In this document: one piece after another, positions 62,505-64,000 of the stretch | How the letters are laid out: every line of letters starts with the position of its first letter | Position numbering within the stretch: position 1 is the stretch's first letter | Source of the DNA: the human T2T-CHM13v2.0 reference genome, Homo sapiens | Direction: 5' to 3' (one strand) | Length of the DNA: 64,000 nt | Assembly: GCF_009914755.1 (NCBI RefSeq) | Contig: NC_060932.1 | Notes under the pieces: generated by a model | Database searches by the model: none | Seen by the model: only the letters and a program-made list of their open reading frames with translations | What the model was told of the DNA's origin: nothing | Position numbers and translations under genes: made by a program

Positions 62505-64000
62505 TATAAGAATAGCTACTCCTGCTCTCTTTTGATTCCCATTTGCATGGAATACCTTTTCCCACCATTTTACCTTGAGTTTGTTTGAATCCTGCTGTGT
62601 TAGGTGAGTCCCTTGAAGACAGTGGATATTTGGATTGTGATCTTCAATCCATTCTCCCATTCTGTATCTTTTGAGTGGAGCATTTAGGCCATTTACATTC
62701 GATGTTAATATTACATTCTATGTTAATATTGAAATATGAAGTACTTTTCTTCATCATGTTAATTGTTATCTAGATATGTTTTCTCACTGTGTTATTGTTT
62801 TATAGGCCTGTGAGTTTTAAGTTTTTAAGAGGTTCTATTTTGATGTATATTGAGCTTTTGTTTCAAAGTTTAGAACTCCTTACAGCAGTTCTTGGAGAGC
62901 TGGTTTGGAAGTGACAAATTCCCTCAGCATTTGTTTGTCTGAAAATAACTTTATTTCTCCATTTACAAAACTTAGTTTTGCAGGATACAAAATTCTTGGC
63001 TGACAGTTGTTCTGTTTAAGGAGGTTGAAGATACAACCCCAGTCCCCTGAGGTTTCTGCTGAGAAGTCTGCTGTTAGTCTGATAGGTTTTCCTTTGTAAT
63101 TTCACTGCTGCTTTTTTCTTACTGCTCTTAGAATTATTTCCTTCATGTTGACTCTAAATAGCCTGATGACTATATGCCTTAGTGAATGTGTAATGAATTT
63201 CCCAGGAGTTCTTTGAGCTTCTTGGATTTGCATATCTAGATTTCCAGGCAGGCGAGGGAAGTTTTCCTCAATTATTCCCTAAAACAGGTTTTCCAGACTT
63301 ACTATTTTCTCTTCTTCCCCAGGAACACCAATAATTCTTAGGTTGGGCCACTTTACATAATCCCATACTTCTTAGAGACTTTGTTCATTTCCTTTTATTA
63401 TTTTTCTTTATTTTTGTCTGATTGGGTTAATTCAAAAGTCTTGTTTTTAAGCTCTGAAATTCTTTATTCTACATGTTCTAGTTTATTGTTAAAAGTTTCC
63501 ACTGTAATTACAAAATTACAGTGGAAATTTTGTAATTCCCTCAGTGTGTCTTTCATTTCCAAAAGTTCCATTTGTTTCTTTCTTGATGATACCTATCTCT
63601 CTGGAAAATTTTTCATTCAAATCCTGAACTGCTTTTTAATTTCTTTAAGATGGTTTCCACCTTTCTCCAATATCTTCTTGAGTAGCTTAATAATCAATCT
63701 TCATATTTCTTATCTGGTATTTCAAAGATTTCATCTTGATTTGAGTCCATTGCTGGATAGCTAGTGTGATCTTTTAGGTGTGTTATAGCACCTTGTTTTG
63801 TCATATTACTGGAGTTATTTTTCTGGTTCCTTCTCATTTGGATAGACTACTTCTTCTCGTTATTCTTGAATTTATATTTGATATGACTGTGTTTCTCTTA
63901 TTTGCTTGTTTGTTTTTAAATTTCTTTTTTCCCCTTAAGGATGAGACTTTAATTCTTATAGTTAATTATAGCCTAATTCAGTTCTTGGTGCTTTAGAGGG
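62505..64000 (-). mobile_element. L1 (ORF1 to start of ORF2), runs off the right edge
   Basis: Reverse translation EWIEDHNPNIHCLQGTHLT..KLKVKWWEKVFHANGNQKRAGVAILIS (L1 endonuclease start), preceded by ORF1-like sequence. Confidence 0.9.

Overview
This is primate (human-like) genomic DNA, not microbial. The gene content fits the 8p23.1 beta-defensin/OR7E segmental-duplication region, read in the orientation where DEFB134 is on the + strand. The only complete protein-coding gene is DEFB134 (2 exons, 56017-58289). Two open copies of DEFB131 exon 2 (2529-2683 and 48589-48743) lie in direct repeats (1-2921 and 46064-48981). These repeats bracket a ~40.7-kb mosaic block. The block holds SATR1/SATR2 satellite around an LTR-less HERV-E-like gag-pol fragment, an OR7E pseudogene, solo LTR5A and LTR12C elements, a VPS51 retrocopy, and a 6-7 kb tandem duplication made by Alu-Alu crossover. 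Each tandem unit carries a CpG-island first exon that resembles the far-upstream RBFOX1 exon. To the right are an NSD3 PWWP retro-fragment fused to L1, a 21-nt micro-retroinsertion in the DEFB134 intron, and a MER75B piggyBac element. I see no new multi-gene system. The interesting signals are rearrangement footprints and exapted or orphan exons. Gene and repeat names come from recalled sequences, not database searches, and most repeat boundaries are approximate. Most ORFs in the supplied track are spurious, repeat-derived frames.
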